DNA of 63,644 nt, filler included, from Octopus bimaculoides (lineage: Eukaryota): the NCBI RefSeq assembly GCF_001194135.2. It is 8 parts of 8 records of this genome, joined end to end, with 100 filler letters (N's around TTAATTAATTAA, not from the genome) between each part and the next. Parts side by side here need not be neighbours in the genome. Positions count along the whole stretch, not along the records: positions 34,207 to 43,942 come from NC_069008.1; positions 44,043 to 46,221 come from NC_068987.1; positions 46,322 to 57,559 come from NC_068985.1; 5 more parts are not named here. One strand, 5' to 3'. The notes beneath the pieces are model-generated. The model did no database searches. It saw only the letters and a list, made by a program, of their open reading frames with translations, and had not been told where the DNA came from. This document shows, one piece after another, positions 35,701 through 47,159 of the stretch; positions within the stretch are counted from its first letter, which is position 1, and the number at the start of each line of letters is the position of its first letter. A program made the position numbers and the translations under genes.

Positions 35701-36599
35701 CCCTCTGCTTTACTCTGTCTCTCTCGATCCCACTCTCTCGCTCTCTCTCTTCTCCTCTCTCTTTNNNNNNNNNNNNNNNNNNNNNNNNNNNNNNNNNNNN
35801 NNNNNNNNNNNNNNNNNNNNNNNNNNNNNNNNNNNNNNNNNNNNNNNNNNNNNNNNNNNNNNNNNNNNNNNNNNNNNNNNNNNNNNNNNNNNNNNNNNNN
35901 CTCTGCCGAATTAATATGACCATGGAAGCATGACCAGATAAGTTTCTCTGTCTTTCTAGCCTCGCTCGTACTTTTCTATTTATTTATGCCCTGATTCGTA
36001 ACACCTTACTTAGTGCTTCCACTATTCTGTCCGTCTCATTATAATGTCGTCAAATTCATTTCAGTTGTCCATAACGATGTCGCCAAATTCACTCAGTTAT
36101 TCAAGTTATTCAGTTTAAACTTTTCTCACAGTCAATTATCTCTATAATTCTGTCTTAGATTTAGCTGACCGAAAACCCTTATTTCTCAATTCTATATTTC
36201 TACCATTCAATACTTACTGTCTCTATGCGACAGAAATCCCAAAGAATATCTCTCTATCTCTCTTGTGCTCTGGCCTAACCCTCTCTGCTTTACTCTGTCT
36301 CTCTCGATCTGCTTTACTGTCTCTCTCGATCCCACTCTCTCGCTCTCTCTCGCTCTCTCTCTTCTCCTTCCTCTTTCGATTAACCCCTTGCTTCGCCATG
36401 TCTATAAAACTAGCACGCGCACCCCAATTCCCCCACTCGACCTAAATACCTTTGCANNNNNNNNNNNNNNNNNNNNNNNNNNNNNNNNNNNNNNNNNNNN
36501 NNNNNNNNNNNNNNNNNNNNNNNNNNNNNNNNNNNNNNNNNNNNNNNNNNNNNNNNTAATCATATTTTATGCAGAGCCTCAATTGTTATCAGTCACTAA

Positions 36600-38113
36600 G
36601 AATGTTTTGTGATAACAATAATAATAATCATTTCAGCAAACAAAAGTGGAAATTCTCCCATTCTGCTGTTAGTTGCAGTAGATGCCTGCTAAAAGGCTCG
36701 CAAACAAGTCTGGCATCGAAATATAAATCTCGTAGGGCAAACCATCCAAATCCGCCGATCTGCCTCTCGTGTAGCTCTCCATCGCTTCCTGTATCTCCGT
36801 GGCTGTTATCGGCCTTTCGCAGTGCTCCGCCTCGCTCGCTGAGGGTCGTGACAGGCCGTCCATGTACAAACCGAGGTCTGCCCTGATGTCCGTCCTGCCA
36901 TTTGTCCCGAACAGTCGAGTTGAAACGCCGAACACATTTGTTACGGTTCGAACACCTCACGCCTATTCTGGTCCACCAAAGACCGAATGCTGGTCTTATT
37001 GCCACTTTTGCCTCCGCCACGCAGGCCCATCGTGACATTTTCTTTCCCACCCCGCTTATTGAACGTGCCTTGGCCCTAACGACGCAGCCTTCGTGTTTGG
37101 CGTCGAAACATTGGCCGAGAGCCAACCTCGTTACCTACACGTCAGTTGCGATGCCTGTTCTAAGCACTTCATCTAACTTTCTAATAAAATCTCCCTCTAT
37201 TCTATTTCTCTCAACTGCTAAAACCTTGCTAAACCTAAGCGATTCTACTCTGATTGCACTTCTGAGAGCAAACCACCAGTTGTTGACGATTGTGCCCCCG
37301 CCAACGCCCTCTTAACTAATTCGCTAATCTAGTCTCTGTAAGCTTGACACGCCGGTAACGACGTGTTCAGCTTCCGGTAACCGGGACCCTGTCTGGGAAG
37401 CCTATCTAAGTCGACCTTACAGATAACAAATTTGTGGTCTGTGTAGCCGACTAAGTGAAATTGTAGACACACTATGCTATCCTTTTCCGCTGGCCTACAG
37501 AATACTCTATTTAACTACGATTTAGATGACCCGATGCGATTTGTCTCAGTCCACATTGGTATATTCGGGTAACCTAGTCGGTACCTGTCAGACAATTGAA
37601 AGCGTCTGAGCAGGCTTTTCCGGCTTTTGCACCTCCTCTCCCATTAGATACTCCCACGCAATCGAAGCGTCCATCTAAGACAGCATTCCAATTTCCTAGT
37701 AACATTATAGTCCGAGACGTTCCCAGGAAAACCTCCAGATGCTTGTCGTAATCCAGCCGCCCTAACCCCGTCGGAGCATAGGCAGCCACCAGTCTGAAGT
37801 CACCGCCATCACTGCCGCTTACATCTAGGACCAACAGCTTACCATCTGGATCCAGGAAGACTGCCTTCATTTTCAAATCAAGACCTTGCCGCAAAAGCAC
37901 TACAGTACGATCACCGCCACCTCCCGGCAGACGGAGGTAGAAAAATCTCGTATCCAACGAAAAGAGTGATGAGGTCCCGTGGGTCGGATAGTCTGGATTC
38001 ACTAGTGGCTGCTACATCTACACTAAAGGACTTCAGATCCTTTAAAAGGTGACCTTGTTTCCATGGTGACCAAGGTCCCTGACATTTAGGCAACCTATTC
38101 CGAGCATCACCAT
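36600..38113 (-). pseudogene. Tx1/L1-clade LINE ORF2 (APE endonuclease and start of RT), disrupted
   Basis: MVMLGIGCLNVR..; DLKSFSVDVAATSE; LLVLDV..FRLVAAYAP; LLGNWNAVLD; YTDHKFV; GPGYRKLNTS; PITATEIQEAM..GRSADLDGLPYEIY. The 3' part is lost in a gap. Confidence 0.85.
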
Positions 38114-38139
38114 GCTAAAAATAAATATTCAAGGCGTAG

Positions 38140-39781
38140 AAGAGCTCTACTTACCAATCTTGTCTGGTATGCTGGCCCCTTGGTCTTTGGAGTGAGTACT
38201 TCCACGAGATTTTAAAAAGGTCTTTTCGGAAGGTCTTTTGGAAGGACCCAACTGCATTTGGGAAGTTACATTTCAATGTGGCGTATGTGCTTTGGGTGAG
38301 TTTTACAATTTGTACGTATGATGGTGGTGCATTATGAGTTGGGAAGACAAAGTCTGCTAATGTGGTGTTTGTATCGTCACGTAGATATATTATTAGGTGT
38401 ATGTCATCTATATTGATGGCTGTGAGATCGGTAGTGTTTGTGGAGTCTGTCTGTGTTGTACATTGTGTTGGTGATTCAGATGGTAGCGCTGGTGGAGGTG
38501 GTGTTGCTTTTGGTTGTTGTTGTTGTTGTTGCTGCTGCGTGTGTGTGTTGCTGCTATTGAGAATTTCCTCTTCTTTGTGCCTCCCCTTTTTCTTCTACTG
38601 TTGGAGTTCAATCGTTGCTGCTGTTACTGCTATTGTAGCTGTTGGTGGTGGTGTTACTGCTGCTGCTGGTGGTGGTGGTGGTGGTGGTACTCCGGCTGTT
38701 GATGATGGTACTCCGGCTGGTGTCCTTGTTCTTGGTGTTGGTGGTTGCCTGGTGACGGCTGGAGGCGGCGTCGCTGTTGCTGGTGGTGATAGTGTTGGTG
38801 TTGGGGTGACCACTGGTTTCTGCTGCTGCTGTTGTTGCTACTTTTGTTGCTGCTGCTGTACTGGAGATACCAATAGTTCTGGTGTCGGCAGATGGACCGG
38901 TCGACTCTTCTTCTTTGGGTAGCAGTCTCTGAGGTGACCTTGGTTACCACAAAAATAGCACCTCGGCCTCCTGCCCTCCACAGGCCACATGTAGTCTGGT
39001 GCCGTCAGGTAAGTTTATCAAGTCAGGAGTTAAATTTAAGGCCTATTGTTCAATTTGAACAAAGAGCTTCAACCCTTGACCCAGCCAATTTTGTTGGTGC
39101 AATTTATGAAACGCCAGTATTGTGACGGTGCCCTCTATGTCTAAGAGGACAGCTACCACAAGCTAGTATATATTTATTTCAGGGGGCACCTCCCTAATTT
39201 TAATTTTGGTAACACACCGAATAAGGTATGTCGGCACGAGCAGCAATTCCTCCGTTTTCAGGGGCACAGTGGAATGTTCCGTTGAAAAACGCAATTCTAC
39301 AGTACCGAAGCGCTTTCCTCTTGTCACATATGTTTTGTTGGACCAAACTGGTTTCAGGGCCATTTCCAACTGTTGTAGGGTGGCTCGTTGTACCCTTTTC
39401 TTCTTTATATTTAAAATTCTGTAGATTACTGTTATTCGATTGGTTTCTTTAAACAATTCTTTGGGGCTGTTAAGGAAGACATTGTTTCCTTCCTTCTTTA
39501 ACAAATCCTTTGCATTTTTATTTCATTAGTTGTTAAATGTATTAATCCCTGTAGTTTGCTTCGCCGCCGAGGCGAAACCGTTGTCGCTTGATTTGTTGCG
39601 GTTCGTGTTTGTGGTGGTGGTAGTGTCAGTATCATTCTTTCTTTCTTCTTTCCTCTCTTCCTCCTCCTCCTGTGCAGAAACAATAGTAGTGGCGGTGTTT
39701 TCTTTTCCTATGTTAATGGTGGTACTGGTGCGGTTGTTTGTACTGTTAAGTGGGGGAAACCCTCGAGGTATTGGCCGTCAT
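38140..39781 (-). pseudogene. Tx1/L1-clade LINE ORF1 (RRM-like region, CCHC knuckle, low-complexity Q/T/P tail), disrupted
   Basis: RITVIYRIL..YVTRGKRFGTVELRF..LLLVPTY. The knuckle-like GRRPRCYFCGNQGHLRDC lies at about 38925-38975. It is directly upstream of ORF2 on the same strand. Confidence 0.7.
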
Positions 39782-39920
39782 AACAGCCACTCCCCTCCAC
39801 AAACGAAGCCATCTTATCTTTCGTTAGACGAAAAACAAAAATATTTTATATGGACCAAAGTGTCCAAAATTGCCCCTAAAAGGGTTTTTTTAAATCTAAT
39901 TCTGTCAATTTATATATGTA

Positions 39921-40352
39921 TGTTGTTGGCACTCCGTCGCTTACGACGACGAGGTTTCCAGTTGATCCGATCAACGGAACAGCCTGCTCGTGAAATTAAC
40001 GTGCAAGTGGCTGAGCACTCCACAGACACGTGTACCCTTAACGTAGTTCTCGGGGATATTCAGCGTCACACAGAGTGACAAGGCTAGCTCCTTGAAATAC
40101 AGGTACAACAGAAACAGGAAGAGAGAGTGAGAGAAAGTTGTGGTGAAAGAGTACAGCAGGGTTCGCCACCATCCCCTGCCGGAGCCTCGTGGAACTTTAA
40201 GTGTTTTCGCTCAATANNNNNNNNNNCCATCCCCTGCCGGAGCCTCGTGGAACTTTAAGTGTTTTCGCTCAATAAACACTCACAACACCCGGTCTGGGAA
40301 TCGAAACCGCGATCCTATGACCGCGAATCCGCTGCCCTAACCACTGAGCCAT
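39921..40352 (-). mobile_element. tRNA-derived SINE family A (contains a 10-N gap with duplicated flanks)
   Basis: Homology to the other family A copies. Confidence 0.88.
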
Positions 40353-40355
40353 ATA

Positions 40356-41238
40356 TATGCAGGAAGTAAATAGACACCTTTAATTTTCAAAATTTCTGAT
40401 TTAAGCGTCTTAATATGTTTGCAGCAGTGTAGAATTTACAATGTAATTATTCCTTTTCATTCCAGGTGCCATTATATTAAACATTTGCGAAGAGTAACCA
40501 TGCCACACGCAAGAAACTCAGCAGAACTGTCAGATTTTCAAAGAGGTCGTATTGTTGGGCAATCTGAGGCTGGCTTTAGCCAGTGAAAAATTGCTGAAAA
40601 TCTTCAAATGCCGCTTAATAGAATTATAGTGCAATTCAAAAGCCAAGGAAAAGAGTCAACAGATTCTCGTCCCGGCCGACCTGGACCCTCGGAAAGGAAG
40701 TTTCGCTGTTTGAAGAGAATTGAGGAAGGCTTCTGACATTGCAAAACAGTTAGAAGTTAGTCCAAGAACGTGTGTTCTTGGACTACTTCCAATGTATTCA
40801 CTCGATAACATAACGAAAAACTAGTTTTTATTCATGGAAGATGGAGTTCCATGCCACACAGAGAAAAGGAATTAACAATGGCTGACTGAAAATGGGATCA
40901 AAAAAAGATTCCTTGGCCGAGCCAATCTCCTGATATGAACCCAATTGAAAATTTGGGGAGCGTACTAGATAAAGCTATACAAAAACTCGACAGAAACCTA
41001 AATTTAAAGATGAATTATTTCGATTGTTGCGTGAAAAGTGCGCAGGAATTCCACAAGAGACAATCACAAAGCTCATCAGTTCAATGCCAAAAAGAGTTTC
41101 TGAATTAAAGACTGCAAAGGGAATGTCAACGAAATACTAAAGTATGTAGTCCTACCTATCGATTACATTTCAATTGTTCGCTTTGCATATTAAATAAAAG
41201 ATTTTGAAAATTAAAGGTGTCTATTAACTTCCTGCATG
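40356..41238 (+). mobile_element. internally deleted Tc1 element
   Basis: 37-bp TIRs at 40357-40393 and 41201-41237 (1 mismatch). MPHARNSAELSDFQRGRIVG..KIA..RPGRP at the N-terminus; FMEDGVPCH and WPSQSPDMNPIEN near the C-terminus. The central part is missing. Confidence 0.9.
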
Positions 41239-41504
41239 TCTGTGTGTGTGTATATATACATACATAGATATATGTGTGTGTGTGTGTGTGTATATATATA
41301 TGTGTGTGTGTGTGTGTGTATCTTTATATAAATATATACATTGTGTCATAGCTGCATACATGCATACACACATACACACAAGCGCGCACACATGTTCGTT
41401 CACATACACACACACACACACACACACACATGTATGTCAAACTGAAACTGGACAAAAGACAAGGTGCCGTATATTAAAAATGAGTAATAAACAAGTGCAT
41501 CTGT

Positions 41505-42122
41505 GGGCGGAGGTAAAGATCATGGACTGCACCTCCTTTGGAATTTGTTTTTTTTTTTTTTTACAGGAACACACTATATCGAGGTCGGTGATTCCGAATC
41601 TGCAAAAAAATCTGCATTTCAAAATTTTGATTCTTCAACACCCCCCTCCTCCTCCTCNNNNNNNNNNNNNNNNNNNNNNNNNNNNNNNNNNNNNNNNNNN
41701 NNNNNNNNNNNNNNNNNNNNNNNNNNNNNNNNNNNNNNNNNNNNNNNNNNNNNNNNNNNNNNNNNNNNNNNNNNNNNNNNNNNNNNNNNNNNNNNNNNNN
41801 NNNNNNNNNNNNNNNNNNNNNNNNNNTTTCACTTTTTGTCATAAGGCAGAGGGGAGAGGTGTTTATTTATTTATTCATTTTTGAAAAACTGAACTTTTAC
41901 AATCTTCTTTTTTTTTTCAGAATCACAATCTCAGTATTTTTCTACCTATTTCGCCCCCAAAAATTATTTTTTAAAGTAAAAATTTAAGAAATGGGGTGGG
42001 GGAATTAAAATTTTTAAATGCTTTCTTTTTCTTGCAGATTCGGAATCTCCGCCATCGATATGGTGTGTTCCCGTAAAAAAAAATCCCAAAGTGGGTACGG
42101 TCCATGGTCTTTACCTCCGCCC
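41505..42122. mobile_element. non-autonomous DNA element with ~120-130-bp inverted termini
   Basis: gggcggaggtaaagatcatggac..cacactatatcgaggtcggtgattccgaatctgcaa matches the reverse complement of the right end. The superfamily is not established. Confidence 0.75.
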
Positions 42123-42559
42123 ATCTTCGTTCTTAATTGATATATTTAATCAATACAATATTTTCCTGCATAATTGATTAAACAATTTCATGCAGTTGGT
42201 AAGTCTTTGATCCTTCGTACCTAAATTCATCCAGGTTTCGAAGCAAAGACACACTCAATCTCATTTTCAACCTCTTCACAATTAAAAGAGTGCTTTTCCT
42301 CTCAAGTGCTTTCGTCTTTTCTGAAAAGATGACAGTCGTGTTGAGCAAAGTCAAGAGAAAAGAGAATAAAATAACTTTTTTCATTTTTAGGGAAATGATC
42401 TTTTCCTCACGCAATATTTGGTCTTGCATTATTGTATAACAGTAAAACCCGTTAACGATTAACCAGTGGCGGTGGCACCTTCTGCAAAGTGATGTTTAAT
42501 GAATCCAATTGAGAATAATGCTTCTCTGTATTAACTCTTTCATTTTGGTCTAACATTTC

Positions 42560-42925
42560 ATAATAGATGTCACCAATCGTGTTCTACCTAACACCGAGCA
42601 TGACGTTCACGAGTGGAAAACTTTAAAAGAAGACCACGGCTTTGGAGTGGGAGATTGTTCCACCCAAAAAGTGGCTGGAAGATCTGGAAAGGAGGGCGGT
42701 CGTGTTGCGAACCTATTCTAGGTCGCGCGACGCCATCACCCTTTTCGACAAAGAAGTTATAAAAAAACGAACTGGCAAGCTGCTTGCCAGCAAAAGACTA
42801 TTATATCTCTAGGGGAGCCAAATTTTCAACGGTGTGGTTGCTATTTGACTCTCCTGAAGAAGCTTGCAATGCAGCAAGCCAGCCTCTAGAAGGGGATAAG
42901 ATCCTGTTCCTTCCCACATACCCAG
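42560..42925 (+). mobile_element. Tx1/L1 ORF1-like fragment
   Basis: LERRAVVLRTY..YISRGAKFSTVWLLFDSPEEA..QPLEGDKILFLPTY aligns with the 39163-39504 ORF1 peptide. Confidence 0.55.
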
Positions 42926-43942
42926 TAGGAAGGATTATATACGGGATCTCTTGGAGAAAACAACCAATTTACTCATAGAATGCGGTGGAAATCTTTCTTT
43001 TTCGACAAGGATCGTAAATCTAACGACAAACCTGAACATGGGGACCTACTAAAAAAAGATATTCAAATCTAGAAGGAACCCACTGACAAACCATCATCTA
43101 ACCAGATTTGAAGAAGAATTATATAGTATTGTCTAGAATGTGAAGCTCAGGAAGTACCCTAGACGGCGTAATATATATCAGCAGAAAATCAGAAAATTAC
43201 TTGTCGACTTCAAGAAACCTCCGGTGATACTTGTAACAGCGGACAAAACAAGTAATGTTTACATTGTTGATATTGATCTATATAAGTCTATGATTAGGAA
43301 GGAATTACGCAGAAAATATAGACACGCTAATAATGACGTATTAAAGAGAATCAACAATACAGGGCTACAAATCGTTAAAGATCTAGCCATCCATTGATGA
43401 TAGAACCAAATCCTACGACCTCTGAAAACCCCGGATTTTACTTAAGGGCCATAAACCTAACTTTCTTATCGATACCTTCTAAATCCGATATAGGCATTAT
43501 TAGTAAAAGTATCATTGACAAGGTAATACCCCTCCTTAAGTCTAAAATTAGATTAGCCCTCTGGTCTGATACCCAAGAGGTGGTTAGATTGTTCAAGCTT
43601 CTTGAAATTAATAAAACTAATAAATTCTTGCAACTTGATAGAAAGAGCTATTATGCCACTATCAACCCGATCGTTCCCAATCAAGCCCTGATCTTTAGCA
43701 TGAAAAATTCCGATTTGTCCCGACGCGAAATAGATATTATTCTTGCTGCGCCAGCCACTTTAGTAGATTTTGATGGTACATTATGGAGTAGGTCAGATGG
43801 GGAAAATGCATTTGATATAGCAATGGACTCACACGATTCTGCTCAGGCCAGTGACTAGTCGGAATATATATCTTGTCATTAATCCAGTCTTCCTTTCCTG
43901 AAGTAACAGGGGTTCTATATAGGGATGACGCCTTATTTCTTC
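42925..43942 (+). mobile_element. Penelope-like element RT, decayed
   Basis: RMRWKSFFF..FKSRRNP..FEEEL; VTADKTSNVY; PSKSDIGIISKSIIDK; FLQLDRKSYYATI; FDIAMDSHDSAQASDLVGIYIL; LYRDDAL (catalytic motif C). Confidence 0.85.
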
Positions 43943-44042
43943 NNNNNNNNNNNNNNNNNNNNNNNNNNNNNNNNNNNNNNNNNNNNTTAATTAATTAANN
44001 NNNNNNNNNNNNNNNNNNNNNNNNNNNNNNNNNNNNNNNNNN
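43943..44042. other. artificial 100-bp contig-join spacer
   Basis: 44 N + TTAATTAATTAA + 44 N. Confidence 0.95.
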
Positions 44043-44113
<71 letters not shown>

Positions 44114-44364
44114 AGAGAGAGAGAAATAGATGTATATACATATATATATATGTTTGTGCGTGTTTGTGTATGTGTGTAAGCAATTGAAACTTTAGTTTTC
44201 TAGTCTGTGCGTTGGGTTATAGTTCCGCTAAAAATTCCATATAGATTTTAAATGTCCGGATATCCGGAATTATTTCCCGGGTTCGCCAATGAGAGCATTT
44301 GATCTTCCTCAAATGTTATTTTTTAATGTTCCCAACATTAAATTGCTTCAACCCATCAAAAATA

Positions 44365-44413
<49 letters not shown>

Positions 44414-45244
44414 NNNNNNNNNNNNNNNNNNNNNNNNNNNNNNNNNNNNNNNNNNNNNNNNNNNNNNNNNNNNNNNNNNNNNNNNNNNNNNNNNNNNNNN
44501 NNNNNNNNNNNNNNNNNNNNNNNNNNNNNNNNNNNNNNNNNNNNNNNNNNNNNNNNNNNNNNNNNNATATATATATATATAAAATTAAATTTTATAGATC
44601 GAAACAAATACAATTCTAATAAATATATAGATTTCAAAGGTGACCCTATATTTTGCAATAAGCGTACATCTGATCTTTAAAAAGTAATTGAAACAATAAA
44701 AGTTGCAGCAACTGTTCAGCGTTTTGCATAGTTTTAGCAGCGCATAAATTGTTTTAACGAAATTAAACATAGATATCTATATAAAACAAACTTAGTTTTT
44801 AAAATGTCACTTGTAAATATAAAACATTTCTCTATGAAAATATAAAAGTACAGCGGCTCTTAAGAAGTATTTTGGGCCAATGACATTATGGAAGATAAGT
44901 TCTCTGAGTCTACATAGAAACTTTGAACTATGCACATTTAATGAGATGTATGAATATCGATTTGTTATAGGATTGCTAAAGTAACTATTCTCGGGTGATG
45001 AAATCAATATGATGAGTATTTTGTTCTTTAAGTACATATCTCTCTGTATAAAGAATATAGGAATAGAAGATTTATGTATTTACTTTGAAACATAATACAT
45101 GATTTGGTGCTACTACACTATTAGGTGAAAGACATTGTCATGACAAATGATTCAAAGTAGGAGTCAGTCATTCACATTTGGTATTGACAGACATACATAT
45201 ACACACACATAGTTAGACACATCTACGTGTACGCATATTATATA

Positions 45245-45890
45245 TATGGTGGTTGTCTACTCCTTATACAGAGTTTGACCACCTCCTGCACCTACACCTT
45301 AGCCCTTTCATGGCGTCTGATGTGGCTTTTTAAACCAGACGATGTTTTGAAAATTACCCACACAGATTGCACCTCTGATTTGTACTACCAATACCTGCAG
45401 GTAAGTTCTGCTTATTGTGGATCCTAACATGGCTTTTAAGACCCCCATTGGATTTGCAAGCCCTCTGGCACACACCACATTCAAACGTGTGATCAGACAA
45501 ATAATCAGAATAGCTGGCTGAAGTTTGTTTTCCATGGGTTCGCAGGTGAGATTTGAGGCCAGCCAAAGACAGACATGGTCTGTTACAGACTGTGCACAGA
45601 AAAAGGTCCTTGTCATTAACCTTCTCGATCTTTACATTTTTCCTCAAACATTTCTTGAGTCCCGCTTGCGTCATCCTGGCCTCTTCAAACGCTTTCACTC
45701 CACTCCACACCCCTGCTCGCCACCCAACTCGATCTGAAGCGAGGGCTTCTATATCTTTTGGAGCCATTCCAATTGACTTCATAGCAGTTCTTATGCCATC
45801 CTTAAACCTTTTTTTAGGTTTATGCCGATAGCTTTTCCCCTCTGCAAGCTCACCATGAAACATTGTTGTATTTGGGGATGGTGATGTAGC
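45245..45890 (-). mobile_element. RTE LINE 3' end encoding three tandem C2H2 zinc fingers
   Basis: FHGELAEGK..KPKKRFKDGIRTAMKSIG..IEALASDRVGWR..GVKAFEEAR (RTE tail). ZF1 is at 45534-45596, ZF2 at 45417-45479 and ZF3 at 45310-45371 (1-nt frameshift). The stop is at 45292-45294. Confidence 0.8.
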
Positions 45891-46221
45891 CAGTTTAGCC
45901 AATGAAAACGCACGTTCTATATATCTGGTGTTCACATGCTTCAGCTTTATTTTAAATTAATACGATACAATACAATTAATATAAAATAAATATAAAATTG
46001 TAAAAAAATAAATAAAGCTGAAGCAAGTGAACATGAAATATATAGTGAATGTGTTTTCATTGGATAAACTGGTAATATAAACAAGAATCTTGCAAAACGA
46101 ATGTATATACATATATATATATATGGGAGAATATACAAAAAATAACAACAGACGAGGACAGGTGGTGTAAATAACAAAAGTATATATTAGTATGACGCTC
46201 GGGAATACGGATATATATATA

Positions 46222-46321
46222 NNNNNNNNNNNNNNNNNNNNNNNNNNNNNNNNNNNNNNNNNNNNTTAATTAATTAANNNNNNNNNNNNNNNNNNNNNNN
46301 NNNNNNNNNNNNNNNNNNNNN
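46222..46321. other. artificial 100-bp contig-join spacer
   Basis: 44 N + TTAATTAATTAA + 44 N. Confidence 0.95.
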
Positions 46322-46788
46322 GGCGACGTTAACAAAAGGCGTTTATATTATTAATGCCGTGGTTACTGAGATTGCTACCAACGTATACCAACCAAGTGAC
46401 TAACGTCGATATGTTTTATGTTGACAGTGTTATTATTCAGTTTATTGATCATGTTGAGTGCATTACCATTTCTCAAAGACGTTTCCAATTTCAAATTCTT
46501 TATCACAAGGCATTTTATCTGATCCTCTAACGTCACTAGTAATCAGTCTGTCTTCATTATTGACTGTCATTTGGGATTATCATAAACTAAACAAACTGAC
46601 ATCCGTTGATAAATTTGGATGTTAATATTTTGACAATGGGCACAAGATAATGCTTGTAATTAGTCTTGTACCATCCAACCCATGCCTGGTACCCGAACGT
46701 CTTTGATTCCAAATTGGTGATGTATTTTCAACTGTGTTGTAAATATAATGGAATCTGTTGAATCAATATTAAAGAGAAGAAAACTTAC

Positions 46789-46859
46789 CAAGATCAAAAT
46801 GTGGCGATATTCGATTATCATATAATCTTTCATCTGTCAGATTCTGTATCACCAGCGAC
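46789..46859 (-). CDS. candidate 71-nt internal exon of an unidentified gene
   Basis: Acceptor ttttattttctctttccag| and donor ttg|gtaagt. A single frame is open (SLVIQNLTDERLYDNRISPHFDL). No homology recognised. Confidence 0.3.
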
Positions 46860-47028
46860 CTGGAAAGAGAAAATAAAAGGTTGTAGTAATACCTTAAAAG
46901 CTGTTTGGCTGAAATAAATTAAAGGAATTATCATTTCTGATTGCGGCATATTTTCTCCGTCCATAAAGTGACGAAGAGTACTCAATACGCGTAAGACGGA
47001 TGATGTTACGTGGCAGTGAGACACTGAC

Positions 47029-47053
47029 CTTGGACAGGGAAGTTTTGTAGAGT
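47029..47053 (-). CDS. candidate 25-nt micro-exon, phase-compatible with 46789-46859
   Basis: Acceptor tttatttctctccag| and donor aag|gtcagt. It encodes (D)STKLPCP(R). Confidence 0.22.
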
Positions 47054-47159
47054 CTGGAGAGAAATAAACCAGGTGTGATCCGTTGGTCTGTGAATCGTTT
47101 GCATGGATGAAACGCAGAAGCCTTATGTAATTAATTAGCAAAAGTAGCAAATAACATTC

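Noticed and set aside
35694-36360. About 65-bp duplication on either side of a gap
   Set aside because: It is CT-rich low-complexity sequence near gaps and cannot be separated from an assembly effect.
40167-40275. About 50-bp direct duplication
   Set aside because: It flanks a 10-N gap, so it is an unmerged contig overlap.
42178-42429. 83-aa minus-strand ORF
   Set aside because: No recognisable motif; it is AT-rich and likely chance or a decayed element.
45354-45935. Host C2H2 zinc-finger gene
   Set aside because: The upstream residues and 3' tail are RTE LINE-type, there are no TGEKP linkers, and the third finger is frameshifted.
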